Positions 50,015 to 62,400 of a stretch of 64,000 nt of DNA are shown here, one piece after another (the first letter of the stretch is position 1; every line of letters starts with the position of its first letter). The notes under the pieces were generated by a model that was not told the DNA's origin, did no database searches, and saw only the letters and a program-made list of their open reading frames with translations. This DNA comes from Chara braunii (taxonomy: Eukaryota > Plantae > Charophyceae). The position numbers and the translations under genes were made by a program. The stretch covers positions 2,828,316 to 2,892,315 of the forward strand of contig BFEA01000025.1 in NCBI GenBank assembly GCA_003427395.1, written 5' to 3'.

Positions 50015-52175
50015 AGGTCGGTTGCCGATTCGTCAGCTTACGACTCAACTCCAATCCACTCTCGTTACCCAACCGGAAGGCTTTAGCCCTGATGATTTTT
50101 ATTATTTTATTAAGGTTTTCACCCGGACTTTTATTGTATGGTCATTTAACAAAGGTATTGAGTATTTATTTTGGAAGGTTGGACAAAGGTTGGGACTTGC
50201 ATTGCTAAAACAAGTGGTGTGAGTATAGAGAATGATTGAAGTTGATCCCGTGTAGTGTTTGAACTTTTTTGTTGAATCTTTGATGTGATTGCATGTATGT
50301 TTGTGGTTCAGACTTTGGATTTGACTACATGTGATTACATACATATATATGGCTGAGAGGATTCCCACTGTGACTGTGACAAGTGATCATCACATACTTA
50401 TAACCTTATATACAGCCTGAATCATCATTCTATCATCCCACATTTTCTTGTGTTGCTCTTCCCCTTTTTTAGGGGGTATTTCGTTTTGCGGACCTACTGT
50501 ATGGTTCCATTTTTTTATCTATGGATATGGTAGAATTGATTTTGGTAACCTTATCTGCATCCCGGTTGGTTTGGTCCAATTGTTCGGGCTATTTCAGAGG
50601 CGCAGCGGTGCTTTCACGTGGGGCTAGTCATCCGGGTTTTCTTTTATCGTTTTGGCATCCGGGTTGGTTGCTTCCCGCTGTTCGCCCTGTGTGAGGGGGC
50701 GTTGCTTCTATGTGGGAATCATCATATGGGATTGTCCTTTAGTTCGGATTTCTTTTTTTGTAGAGACGAGTGCTTTGTCCTGGGTGGTCTTATCCCGTCG
50801 TTTGACCTGTGTAGGACTAGGCCGGTGCTTGCACATGAAACTTGTGATCGAGGATCCGTTTTTTGTGTTGTTGTTTATTGCGCCCTGTTTTGTTGTATTT
50901 GGTTGTTCTCTTCCTCTCTTCTTTGCCTCTTTGCCCTTTGGCTTTGTGCAAGTGGGTCGATATGACATACAGGGGTGGGGGCAGCCGCCGCTCCACCTAC
51001 ATCCACGTGGGCAGCCTTGTACGCAAGAGGTTCTCAACAGGGGGAGTTATAAGAAAGAATATATAAAAAAATGAATTCATTTTTTTCTTTTCTTTTTTTT
51101 TTCCACTTTTGCGCTCTGATATTCTTGTGACAATAGATGTACATACATACGCCTTGAGTGTTCGCGCGGCCTATTGTGACTGTGCGCATGGGCTAAATAA
51201 AATTATGCTTTGAAGAAAAAGGGAGAACCCCTTTTATCCTTTGTTTTTTAGAGTTTTTATAGTTGGACGTTGTAGTCCATGGCAACCGTCAAAGTCAAAC
51301 CCTTTGCGTTCTCTCGAAACCCTGAATGATGAAGTTGGTTTCTAGGGCAATAAGAGACGATTGCCACCACAGGTATGAACATGTGTACCACCCACTCTCC
51401 GCAGGGTGCAGAAGAGGGTGTGGTTCTCAACCACACTTGGCGGTAGTCCAACATATTAACCCCTCAAGGCGCGTGTCATTCGACACTTGAGTGTCGAACG
51501 AGAACCTCGAGATTATCAATGACCTCGTGATTATGGGTACTACATAGTACACCATCATGGCGAACGCTTGCGTAAGCATGCATTGCTAGTCGATATGAGA
51601 AGGTCCTGCGTCCGCGCAGTTTTATACCAAGTCTCCCGTGTAGCGCCTATCCGATTTCCACGTCGGAAGGTTATGATTGTTTGTATTGTTTTATGTTGTT
51701 CCGTGTACGTGTGTGTGTGTTTTACTTTTATATTTTAAGTGTGGTGTAACGCGTGGTGAGTGGGATGCGTCCTAGTTGACCGACGACGAGTCGCACTTGG
51801 GACTTCAACCCCCCAGTGCGTCGATTCATGTGCGCGTCCGATAGAGGAGTGGGACCGCGCGTACCCCCTGTGATACAGAGTACGAGAAACGTCATCGGCT
51901 GGTCCATCTCTGTGATTGCAGTTGATTAACTTTCATACTGTGGACTGGTAGCTTGGCAGGGATACGCCCACCAAAGGGAGGTGACAACTCCCGCAGGTGG
52001 AGGTAAAGTTGTACCTCGCGTTGACCCTATAATGTCGTAGCGGTTCGCGAGAGGTATGGCTGACGCACTCGGCCGGAGCGGCTTGCGGAAGCTCCTTGTG
52101 TATCGCGATTACGACCAACTCCTGCGTGACGTGGCCGGGAGGGTCCCGCCCTACGTGAGACCGATGCGCTCGACA
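50015..52175 (+). mobile_element. LTR fragment of a related Gypsy family
   Basis: Ends GATGCGCTCGACA; inverted homolog of 61331-62400. Confidence 0.8.
50415..51140. mobile_element. Insertion of the (TA)n-associated family into the LTR's TA run
   Basis: Absent from the 61970-62010 homolog, which has an uninterrupted TA run; 51019-51135 matches 4870-4987. Confidence 0.7.
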
Positions 52176-52299
52176 CCGGACGCACACAACAAAAAGGGAT
52201 TTGCTTTATTTAATTTATTCAATTATTTATTGCAAACAAACAACAAAAATCCTCCGTAATAGCCTGTTGGTTTTTTGGTCGCCTAAAGAAGCCCGACTG

Positions 52300-52622
52300 G
52301 AAAAAGTGCGACACCGCTCGTACCCCCTATGCTACAACGTACGAGAAACGTTCTCGGTTGGGCAACATCCGCGATTGCAACTAAGTAGCTTTCGCACGTG
52401 GTTTGATAGCTCAGTGGTGATACGCTGGTTCAAAGGTGGTGACAACCCCTTGGGCAGAGGTAAGTTGTACCTCACGTGGGCCTATCCTGTTGTAAGGGTT
52501 CGCGAGAGGTATGGCTGGCACATTCGGCCGGAGTGGCGAAAGGCTCCACAGCGATAAAAAGTGTTGCACGAATTCTGCGACGAGGCCAGGAGGGTCCCCC
52601 TGCGAGATCGATGCACTCGACA
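52300..52622 (+). mobile_element. Additional diverged LTR U5-end fragment
   Basis: Ends GATGCACTCGACA; paralogous to 51850-52175. Confidence 0.7.
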
Positions 52623-53523
52623 CCGGCTTGCGAAATTGCGCCAAAGTCGCGCCTTGGCTTACTGTCGAACCAACGGTCGCCAATCTTCCGTATCTATCAT
52701 AGGGAAGGTACAATTTTTGTACACATCCCCCGTACACACTACTTACCACGCAAGAGATGATGAGTTGGTATATATACAAATTTTATTTTTTGATATTGTA
52801 TATTTGTTAATCCATTTTTGTAAAGTAACTATCAAAGATTTGAAAAACAATTGATTGTGCACAAGCTGTGCTCCTTTTTTTATTTTGGGTTTGGGTGTTT
52901 TGCCCTTCTAATTAGAATGTATGATGAACTTCAATAAAATACGCTTTGGATGAAAAAAAAAACAATCAAAATTGATGAAAGGTAAAAACCAGATATATAT
53001 AACCACAGGATGTAAGCAACTTAGGTTGCAACATGGAGGCCCTATAGTAGCTGGGGAGTTCGTGAACGCAAGGTGTAGGTGGGATACCAGACCAGACGTG
53101 GCAAGGCACGAAGCAACGTCTTCTCTGTATTTATGTTGATTACTGACGTACTTACCAACACATGTAGAGAACCTAAGTCCAATATGGACCTAACACACCT
53201 GAAGCGCACTGCAAACTCAATCTTAAATGAAAATGAAAAAGATGAGAGCATACGGTGGTTTTTCCAAGACTGATAAGTGTAGACAATAATTTCACTTTAT
53301 CGCTAAGCTCTATCTTCGAGGATATTCTCAAATTAATACAAATATCATGTACCAAGTTACAATCCTTCTCCGCGAAAGGTCATATACGTATGTATTCCGT
53401 AATCTGGCGAAATTAATTCAATCATAAAAATAAATCGTCTGTATACGTGATCCTATGGGCGCTCTTGCGTTTTCTTTTATTTACTTCGGCCTCTCACTCA
53501 ACTCACTCACTCGAAGACTGGAA

Positions 53524-53694
53524 CTACGTGCCCTTTACGCCTAGTTATTCTGAATAACACTTGCCCCCCCCGTCTTATCGCGGCTACTGACACGGAGTTA
53601 GCCGGGGCTTCTTCTTCCGTTTTTGTCATAATCTCACTACCGATGAAAGAGCTTTATAAGATAAATCCCCTTCTTCACTCACGCGATATTGTTG
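53524..53694 (-). pseudogene. NUMT: fragment of plant-type mitochondrial SSU rRNA
   Basis: CTACGTGCCCTTTACGCC..ACACTTGCCCCCCCCGTCTTA(T)CGCGGCT(A)CTG(A)CACGGAGTTAGCCGGGGCTT..CTTCTTCACTCACGCGATATTG; 519R region with transition mutations. Confidence 0.88.
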
Positions 53695-54199
53695 ATTTTT
53701 GCCTCGGCAAAATAACGACCCTTTCAAACCACGCCTCTACTACTCCACCTGGTGAAACTCCGACATTGCTTGGGTCGCGCCCCGTATGCACACGCCTTGT
53801 CAAGATTGTATGGGCGCCCATTGTTAGACAAAGGCCCAATAGACTCCTCGCTAAGAAGCTCAAGCGTCGTCTTTAGATAGGTCAACGGAAATCATGTCGG
53901 ATCACGGTTTCGATAACTAGCCTAGATGTTGGCTATGACAATGCCGGTCTCTGCGTGCGTGGCGATACAAAAAAAAAAAACAATCCCTCTCTCACCGTCC
54001 CGCGAGGTGGTTAATTATACTACCAGTTCACTAAATCACCAAATGTCTGGCTAAATTAACGCGAGCCCACGAAATGCACACTCACACCCTCTCTGATCTG
54101 ACCATACACGCGTTTGTCGTTCCAACTTATGAGAGTCAGTTGCGAATTTTGCGGAGATAACATGTGTCACAACCTCAAAGATCACTATAAATGCGGCTC

Positions 54200-55731
54200 A
54201 TGTGAGCCATAAAAAACACAGGTAAATATCCTTGTAAGGGTATCCGCACCGATAATTTTTTCGGATCCTATTAAGCGATGGCCCTGTCACGTCGAGCGAT
54301 CAAAACTATAAAGCAAGAAAATTTCAGTTTTGCTAACGAGAAAGTAACCAATTCGATCCACCGACTTGATTCCGTTTGAGGTACTTACCAATCAACCTCC
54401 ATCACGATATTCCATTGTTAGGGTTTTAACCTGGGTCTCCGACCACGAAATCAGATGATACTTTGTCTTGTACTACATTGTATACTGCTCCTAGGTAGCA
54501 ACTTGGTATTCCTCTCCCTTCATTCTAGACATCGTTGACTTCTCGTTTTGTATCCGCAATCATGTATCGCGTACGAGCACACGATTTTGGACACGGACCC
54601 TAACCGAGACCTCTTTTAATCTCACGGGCACTTCAGCCCCTTAGTGGCAATTTGACCACATCAACATTCATAAGCAAAATAACCTTCCTTGAGCCTAGCA
54701 CAAGACGGTTACGTTTCCATCTTGGTCCACTGCAGATTGTTTGATCACGTCGAATCCACGACTCATCGTGTTGTTATATAGCGATGGTGCCCCTATTGGT
54801 TGCACAACAATAAACAATTTTTCCTATTCTGGCATCCCGAAGGATGCCTGACTCTATACTTAATCGATCCCATTGGCCTTCCCTCGAGTTAGGCCCCTCC
54901 GACTGGCCGACCCTTCAAGTCATAACCTTTGGTAAGCCATGGGCCCGCTGCCAGGTTGTGTCATAGGGCTAAGCCCAAGCCTAAACTTAATGGGCACAAT
55001 TCTCTATATAAAGAGTATCTGCAGCCAACTCGGGCATGCCGAAATGCACCAGGGCCACCGCTTGGCCCATCATCCGAGCCAATGGTCACTACGCACCCGC
55101 ACTTGTTACTTTAGGGGGTGTTTTTTTCTCGCCCCTGCTGCATATGTATCCCAATAACATTTCCACCAAAGGTCGTGGCTTTCTCAATCCGCCATACTAC
55201 TTAAAAGGTCGCGTCCTTACCGTCTCGGCGTCGGAAAGTCCTAGCTTTTACTTACCCCACATTTGGTTCGTGGCACCCTCGCAAGGATTACTGGCAATGT
55301 GTATTGTCGGAGACGATCAACTAAGTAGGCAACATACCTTACACTAGGCGTGTCTGAATGCCTTTCCCTGGCAAGTCAGCGAATTTCATCGTTAGTCGTG
55401 AATTCCGACAACTAACCTTGACGTTGGTCATAACTCTGTCAATACACGTGCGGTCAGCGCATGCACAATGTTAACCAAGGTCCTAATTTTTCCCTAGTTC
55501 ACGAGTTCATCACCTATACTAATCATTCACCTGACTAAGTCAATGTGTGCCCTTAAAGTGCACGCCCACACACTCTCTAATCAGATCAAAAGCGCGTGTC
55601 ATTCCCAATCTCCTGAGAATTGGTTATGGTCACTTTGAAATGAGACACTCTCTTAAATATCGTCCCAAACGCACGTTTTGTGAGGTTCAAAAATGTACCC
55701 AAATACCCTTGTAAGGGTATTCGGGCCGACA
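54200..55731 (-). mobile_element. Gypsy relics: LTR termini at ~54254 and 55731 with degenerate extra-ORF region between them
   Basis: TA(C/T)CCTTGTAAGGGTA..CCGA(C/T)A terminus motif twice; TTTAACCTGGGTCTC shared with 21222. Confidence 0.55.
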
Positions 55732-55815
55732 GTCACGACGAGAAATAGACCAACTCTTGTGTGACGCGGCCGGGAGAGTCCTGCCCTGCGTGGCGCGGGA
55801 CCGATGCGCTCGACA
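55732..55815 (+). mobile_element. 84-bp LTR U5-end stub
   Basis: GACCAACTCTTGTGTGACGCGGCCGGGAG...GATGCGCTCGACA matches the reverse complement of 61331-61410. Confidence 0.75.
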
Positions 55816-55964
55816 ACGACCTTACCGAAAATAGAAAGAACATGAAACGACGAAAATGGAATCCACACAAGCGCAACCTCCTGACTGCAATTTTTTTTTT
55901 TTTTTAACTTCATGTATTTAAAAAAAAAAAAAACATAAAGGCAAATAAGAAAAGGAAAACAGAC

Positions 55965-56150
55965 ATGCACGCACATACAGAGACACAACACACATAAGCA
56001 CACACACACACCCGCCAACAATCATGCACACACACAAACACACACATACACAAACACACGCGCATACATACATATTCATCCACATACACACTCTCACACG
56101 CAAGCACACACATATACACATACGCGCACACAACACACCTACACACACAT
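55965..56150. repeat. Degenerate (CA)n tract
   Basis: Direct reading. Confidence 0.9.
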
Positions 56151-57539
56151 AACTGGGGCCTTGGGGGTTGGGGGATGTGGGGTCGGATGGCTTAGAGGGC
56201 TTTCGGGTAGTTTTGGGGACTGGTGTCGGGGGGTTGGTGAGTGGCGGGTGGCAGGCTGGTTGGTGTTGATCTAATTTGGTGGTATAAGAGGTGCTTCAGG
56301 GGNTGGGGGAAGTTTTTTTTTTTTTTGCCTAGGGCCACGTGTTCCGAACCCCGTGCATCAATCCCGTTTTTTCTGAAAAGCGCGGGAGCGACCTATTTTC
56401 GCGTTTAACGGGAATTCAACGGGATTTTTTCAAATTCAATGGGATTCAACGGGAGTTTAATTCCCCCGTTCCCCGTTAAAAAGACACACAGATGATCAAA
56501 GTAGATAGGGTCACGACCCTGTGGATTGACGTTCAATTTATTGGAATTTTGAGAGAAGGCACTATACCTCCACGTTGTCCAGTGGAGAGTGATATGTATT
56601 CCTTTATAAAATAATGTATTGGTATTTGGGATTCTTTTGGTGATAAAAGTGGTGAACCACGATAAAGTTAGTCAAAGTAACATTTTTTTTAGACTCGACT
56701 AAAGGGCGATACTTGGCATCACTGGGACGCAACTCCGAGTGTTGACTGCTGACCGACAAAGCACTATGCCTGCGCTATGCTCTTATCACTGACCGATCTG
56801 AGTCATGCCACGACGCGTGCTTCTTTTATTTACTGAGCATTGGCGAGTTTCCCTTGTAATTCGGAGGAGAAATTAGGGAGTGTGCTCTGTTCGCATGCGG
56901 TCATTCTAAACCGTTCAATTGTGTTTTGGATAAACGGGTTGGTGTCGCAACTTGGAGGACCGTCTGGGGCTGATGCTCTTCGCCCGGGTCGTGATCTGTT
57001 CATCTCTACTGCGTTTTTTTAGCCATCTTTGCGAGACCCTCAGGCGATTTAAGATTTCAAGGCCCTCTCACGCAAGTCGGAGTGCACCTCCCTTGTATCT
57101 GAGAGACTCAATGACATCTACTTCTACCCTTCTTACCCTAAGTCTAGTCTGATTGGTTCTGAGAGGAAGGCGGCATGCGAGATTGCAACCTGTAGGACTG
57201 CAGCAAAACCTTGTGGGAGGTCAACCCACCGATTGCGGGAGCTCTGTCGGAGCCCAGGCGGGGTTCTGGAGGCAGTGAGCACTCAGGTATAATCTTGCTT
57301 TACTCGTGTGATCCAGTATTCCCCTAAATCTACTACCTTTCTGACCGAGACTATGATAAAGACTATTTATTTTAGACTTTATATTGTTTATACTTTATTT
57401 TCTTGAACCATTGTAAACTGAAAGGAATGGATTTGTGTGAAAGTCAGATATTTGATCTGTTTGAAATAAAAAAAGGAAAAAGGGGGAAGGCGTGAGGAAG
57501 ACGTTTTGCATGCGTTTGATCGGGTCAACCCAAGGCTGG

Positions 57540-58015
57540 ATCCCTCTAAGTTGAGTGGGTTCAACACTATGTTTTATTTTTGTTTGTCGGGTTGAATGTG
57601 TGACCTTTTAGGACTGGGCCTATCCTAAGTTGGACGGACTAGTCGTTGTTTCTTTTAAGGGTTTCTGAACAGGAGGACAGACACCCTAAGTTGAGACGAC
57701 TCAAAATCCTGATGTTTTTTTGGGTTGCTGAAAACAGAGACGAACACCCTAAGTTGGGACGACTCAGGATCCTGATGTTTTTTTGGGTTGCTGAAAACAG
57801 AGCTGGGGATATTCTAAGTTGCATAAACCCAGTTCTGTATGTTTTTTCTTCTGAGGGGGACAAAGGCATAAGACTAAGCGTACCCCTAAGTTGGGGCGGC
57901 TTAGTCATGAGCTGTGAACTTAATAGTCAACCAAAGTATAAAATTTGATACATATATTATATGAACTTATATTATCTGGCAGACCGGGCACCCTAAGTTG
58001 GGAAAGCCAGTCAGT
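57540..58015 (+). repeat. TAAGTT-loop hairpin array 1 (includes a 64-bp tandem duplication)
   Basis: About 7 units such as GACTAAGC-GTA-CCCC-TAAGTT-GGGG-CG-GCTTAGTC. Confidence 0.75.
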
Positions 58016-58069
58016 AAGTCAGGTTGCAGAGACACCACGAGTGCGCGCTAGCTGTACTACCGGCACACA

Positions 58070-58541
58070 GTGTGTGCACAGCGCACGCACTGCGTAAGTC
58101 AATCACGCACCGCAAATACACAACATCCGTGCTCAACGATCGGTAGGAAGCAACCCCCACTTATTCCACACCTTGAGGTCGCAAGACCGTACTTCTTGAG
58201 CGATTGCGTGTATGGACGACCCACCGATCCTTCGCTCTGCAACTTGCTGCAGATTTTCGAACTGCAAAACCACTATTGGGGCCGGACAGCCGAAAAGAAC
58301 AGGACTGTACTGACGTTGTTTGATGGAAAGTCGAAGTAACGGAATTCAGAGTTTATCGAGATCGCATGCTCATCAACACCACAATCGTTACTGTCCCCCT
58401 TTGTCGTGGCGCTCAATGCCCGGACTACAGTCGTACTATTGCCATCTCCTAATTGTAGCAGTAAAACAGGTTGTGGCCCTCAACAACAGCAACCTTATAA
58501 GCCCACTGAAATTGATACCACATATGCAATCCGTGTTGTGA
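58070..58541 (+). pseudogene. Diverged homolog of the LTR accessory ORF
   Basis: LCNLLQIF..YW..KNRT vs VCNLLEVY..FW..KPSRS; LNNSNLISPLKLIPHMQSV vs LNNLQGPFSLPHHMKRV. Confidence 0.55.
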
Positions 58542-59263
58542 AGACAACAGATTCTGGTAGCGGCTCATGAGGCAAGAATGGACTTAGTAGTGATGAGTCC
58601 ACAACACCTGAGCACAACAGTTAGACAAAGCAACAACGTCCAACTCACGAGTCTCACAATCGCAGTATCATAACCATACGCAACACGTACAACACTTTAG
58701 ACAAGTTGCACAGTCTCACGCAACAACAACGCCTGATCGCACGATCAGTGATACCGCGATGCCTCAACGGTAGGCCAATACTGCTAAAAAATAGCAGCCG
58801 AAGAGGTAAGTATGAAGCGACCACGACTACGGACTCCCCCACGACCTCTACCAAAGGTAAGCTGGCACCAAATCTTCCGTTAGAACACGGGAAGATGCAC
58901 TGCTATTTTATACCTATTTCTTCCTGTGTGCAGCATCCTCATGCCTGGCTCATCCACTTTCTCTCTACCTCCGTTCGTCTCATGCACGTGCACATGCCCC
59001 GGTCTCCTTCACACTTGTTCTTTCTCACGTTGTCTCCTCCTGCTTCGTTCATACACTTTTACTCCTGCTACGCACGCACAGAGACCGTATCCAACTTCGA
59101 TCAACGTATACCTTATGCTAGGACACGAGAGGACATACCCGTCCATTCCCCATGCCACAATGTTCATATGTAGCAAATGGGACTGATTTTACTCCCTGAA
59201 CCTAGCTAGGTGCAAAGCGTCCAGGTGCAATATTGTGCACCCGGCTCCACTTGATCTGGTCGG

Positions 59264-59266
<3 letters not shown>

Positions 59267-59358
<92 letters not shown>

Positions 59359-59433
59359 NNNNNNNNNNNNNNNNNNNNNNNNNNNNNNNNNNNNNNNNNN
59401 NNNNNNNNNNNNNNNNNNNNNNNNNNNNNNNNN

Positions 59434-59508
<75 letters not shown>
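59267..59508. repeat. (TC)n(AC)n microsatellite across a gap
   Basis: Direct reading. Confidence 0.95.
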
Positions 59509-59510
<2 letters not shown>

Positions 59511-60892
59511 CTTCAAACAGCATCACTCGAGAGGTCTGGCAATTTCTCATGAGCGAACCCTCCGTTAGAACATGCAATCGATACGTGCCCCACTTCGTCC
59601 TCTCTTCCAAATACGCATTGAGAGATGAATCTTCCCCTAGAACAATGGGACGATACACCCACTGCAAATGCCAACGGCCCGTTGTCGCTCCAGGTAAACA
59701 CGAAGAAAAATGGATACTACCTCTGCAAGGTGGTTATCCGTTGTTCTCCCCCCTCTATCCTAGATGCTCGTCTTCCCTACCTTTCACCTTCTTCATCGAC
59801 CATTTTACTCCTTCTGTCGTTGCACCCTTCAACTCTGAGGACGTTGCAAGATCGTTCAGCGGCTTGGGCTGGGTTCGCTTCGCCAGCTATCGCCTCGATG
59901 CCATGCCACATAAGAAGGCTACGATGGCCCGTGCCAAAGCCAGGTAAGCATTCTCCTCACTCCCACTTTTCAGAGTATCTGGCTGCCTCTCCCGCTAGAT
60001 TCAGCCACCGTCACCCGCAATCGTTTTTCCCTTCCCTTCGTCAAGCTCCTGCCCTATGCGCCCTCACTATTCAACAGTTATATCGCCCTCGACAGTCTCT
60101 CGGGGAAACTGGACGGAGTCAACCTGTTTCAGCCCGCTCGACCGCTCTAAATAGCGAGGGGAACGAGTTAGTCAGATGTCCTTGCTCACAGTGCCTTGCT
60201 AGTCTTCCCTGCTATCATTCCCATCATTTTAACAGATATCCTGAAGAATCACGACCAAGGGACGACCTCGAGCTGACCAGGCCCAGGCAAATCAGGAAAA
60301 TTTGGCTTTAACCTCAATCAAGTTCCATCATCATCCAGATTCGAACTTGGGTCTGTATTTCAACAGTTCAATGGTGTACCCACTGAGCCAAGCTCTTGAG
60401 GTCCATGGCCGGTCCCGACATCGGTACTGGGTCGTTGTCCCCATATGGGACAAAATAAATAAAATTTAATAAAGAGAAAATGGTGATGGGGGAAGGAAGG
60501 ACCCACCGGGCCGCTGGTACTTCCCTCAACCCTGTCGGTCGGGCCCGCAATCAGGACCGACAGCAAAAGTCAAAGGGGATAGTCCTGTAGGACCCTCAAC
60601 CCCTCGACTTTCGCTCCTCCGCTCCGCAGCTCCATCGTCGCCAGCAGCTGGCCTCGATCCCCGTATCTTCGTAGTGTCAGTCCAAAGTCGTTGATCCTCG
60701 TCGTCGAAGGCAGAGAAAAACGGAGGAGTAAAAAGCGGGTTGGAGACCTACTTGTCCGCGGGTGCGTTTGCTAATTTTTAGTAGTAAAAGTAGCGTGAGG
60801 TCAGCCGCGGTACCAGAGGACTACCCAAGTAACGAGGGCGCGTATAAGGAAAAAGCGACAAATGAAGAATATAAAATGAAGTTAACCCGGAC

Positions 60893-61330
60893 AGACTGAG
60901 CGTACCCTTGAGTTAGGACGGTTCGGTTCTATGCTCGTGATAATACAAAAGAGGCAGAGAGTTAATATAAATCTTATTTTATTTTCCCTTTTAAACACAA
61001 GGCAGAGTTGGATGTCTCCCTAAGTTGAGTAGGTCTGACTAACTGCCTAAAAATAGAGAAAGTTGTAAAGTTTGTGTTGAGTATTTATGGTTGTTTAAAC
61101 TGTCGTTGCGGAGGCTAAGCGTACTCCTAAGTTGGGGCGACTTAGTCATACGCCGTTTGTACTTGTTCAGGCAGATCGGGTGTACCTTAAGTTAGGGCGG
61201 TCTGGTCACATTGCCTTATGTAACTTAAATAGTTTAGGCTAACCAGGCGTACCCCTAAGTTGGGGCAGCCTAGCGATATGCCCTTGTCGTTGATGTTATG
61301 TAGGTTGGACGTACCCTTAAGTTAGGGCGG
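60893..61330 (+). repeat. TAAGTT-loop hairpin array 2, interrupted by an LTR at 61331
   Basis: Six units; the last four loops at 61128, 61188, 61256 and 61318. Confidence 0.8.
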
Positions 61331-62400
61331 TGTCGAGCGCATCAGTTCGGCACCGCACAGGGCAGCGCGGGACCCTCCCAACCCCGTCACGCAAGAGTTG
61401 GTCTAAATCCTCGTCGCAAATATACATGGAGCTTCCGCAAGCCGCTCCGGCCGAGTGCGCCAGCCATACCTCCCGCGAGCCCCTACGACAGGATAGGGCC
61501 TACTCGAGGCACGACTTACCTCCACCTTACGGGAGCTGTCACCTCCCTTTGGTGGGTGTATCCCCGCCGAGCTACCAGTCCACAGTATGAAAGCTGATCA
61601 GTTACAATCGCAGAGGTGGACCAGTCGAGGGCGTTTCTCGTTCGCTGTAGCATAGGGGGTCCGCGTGGTAATACGCCTCTATCGAACCCGCATGCGAGCC
61701 GACATCTTGGGGGGTTGAGGTCCCAAGCGCAACTCGTCGCCGGTCGACCAGGACGCATCCCACACGCCACATGCCCTGGAGACCAGCTCCATCATCTAGG
61801 TCCTGGAGATAAGTCAAGGGGTTTGACTTTGACGGCTGCCACGGACTACAACGTCCAACTATAAAATTATAAAAAGCAAGGGGTAAAAAGGGATCTCCCT
61901 TTTCTCTCAAACACACGATCTGTTTAACCCCTACGTGTGGTTCTAGTAGGCCGCGCGAAACACTCAAGACATATATATATATATCACATAAATATAAAGG
62001 GTTATTAATATAGGACGATCACTTCTCACAGTCACAGTGGGCCTCCTCTCAGCCATGTATATATGTGTGTAAGCGCAGGCATTCAAATCCAAAGTCCGAA
62101 TCACCAAACATACTTGCAATCACATCAAAGATTCAACTAAAACGTCTACGCACTACACGGGGTCAACTTCGACCATTCTCAGCACTCACACCCTTTGCTT
62201 TTAGCTATACAAGTCTCACTCTTTGTGCAACTCTCAAAATAAAATACTCAGTACTTTTCTTTAAATGCCTATTCAAAATAAAGTCTGGGGGAAAACACAA
62301 CAAAACAGTTCAAATCATAAGACTAAAGCCTTTAGGTTGAGTGGCAGGAGTGGATTGGAGTTGAATCGTAGACCGACGAATCGACAACCGACCTGTTATC
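61331..62400 (-). mobile_element. LTR of a related Gypsy family (right boundary uncertain, may leave the window)
   Basis: Starts TGTCGAGCGCATC; homologous to 50015-52175. Confidence 0.8.
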
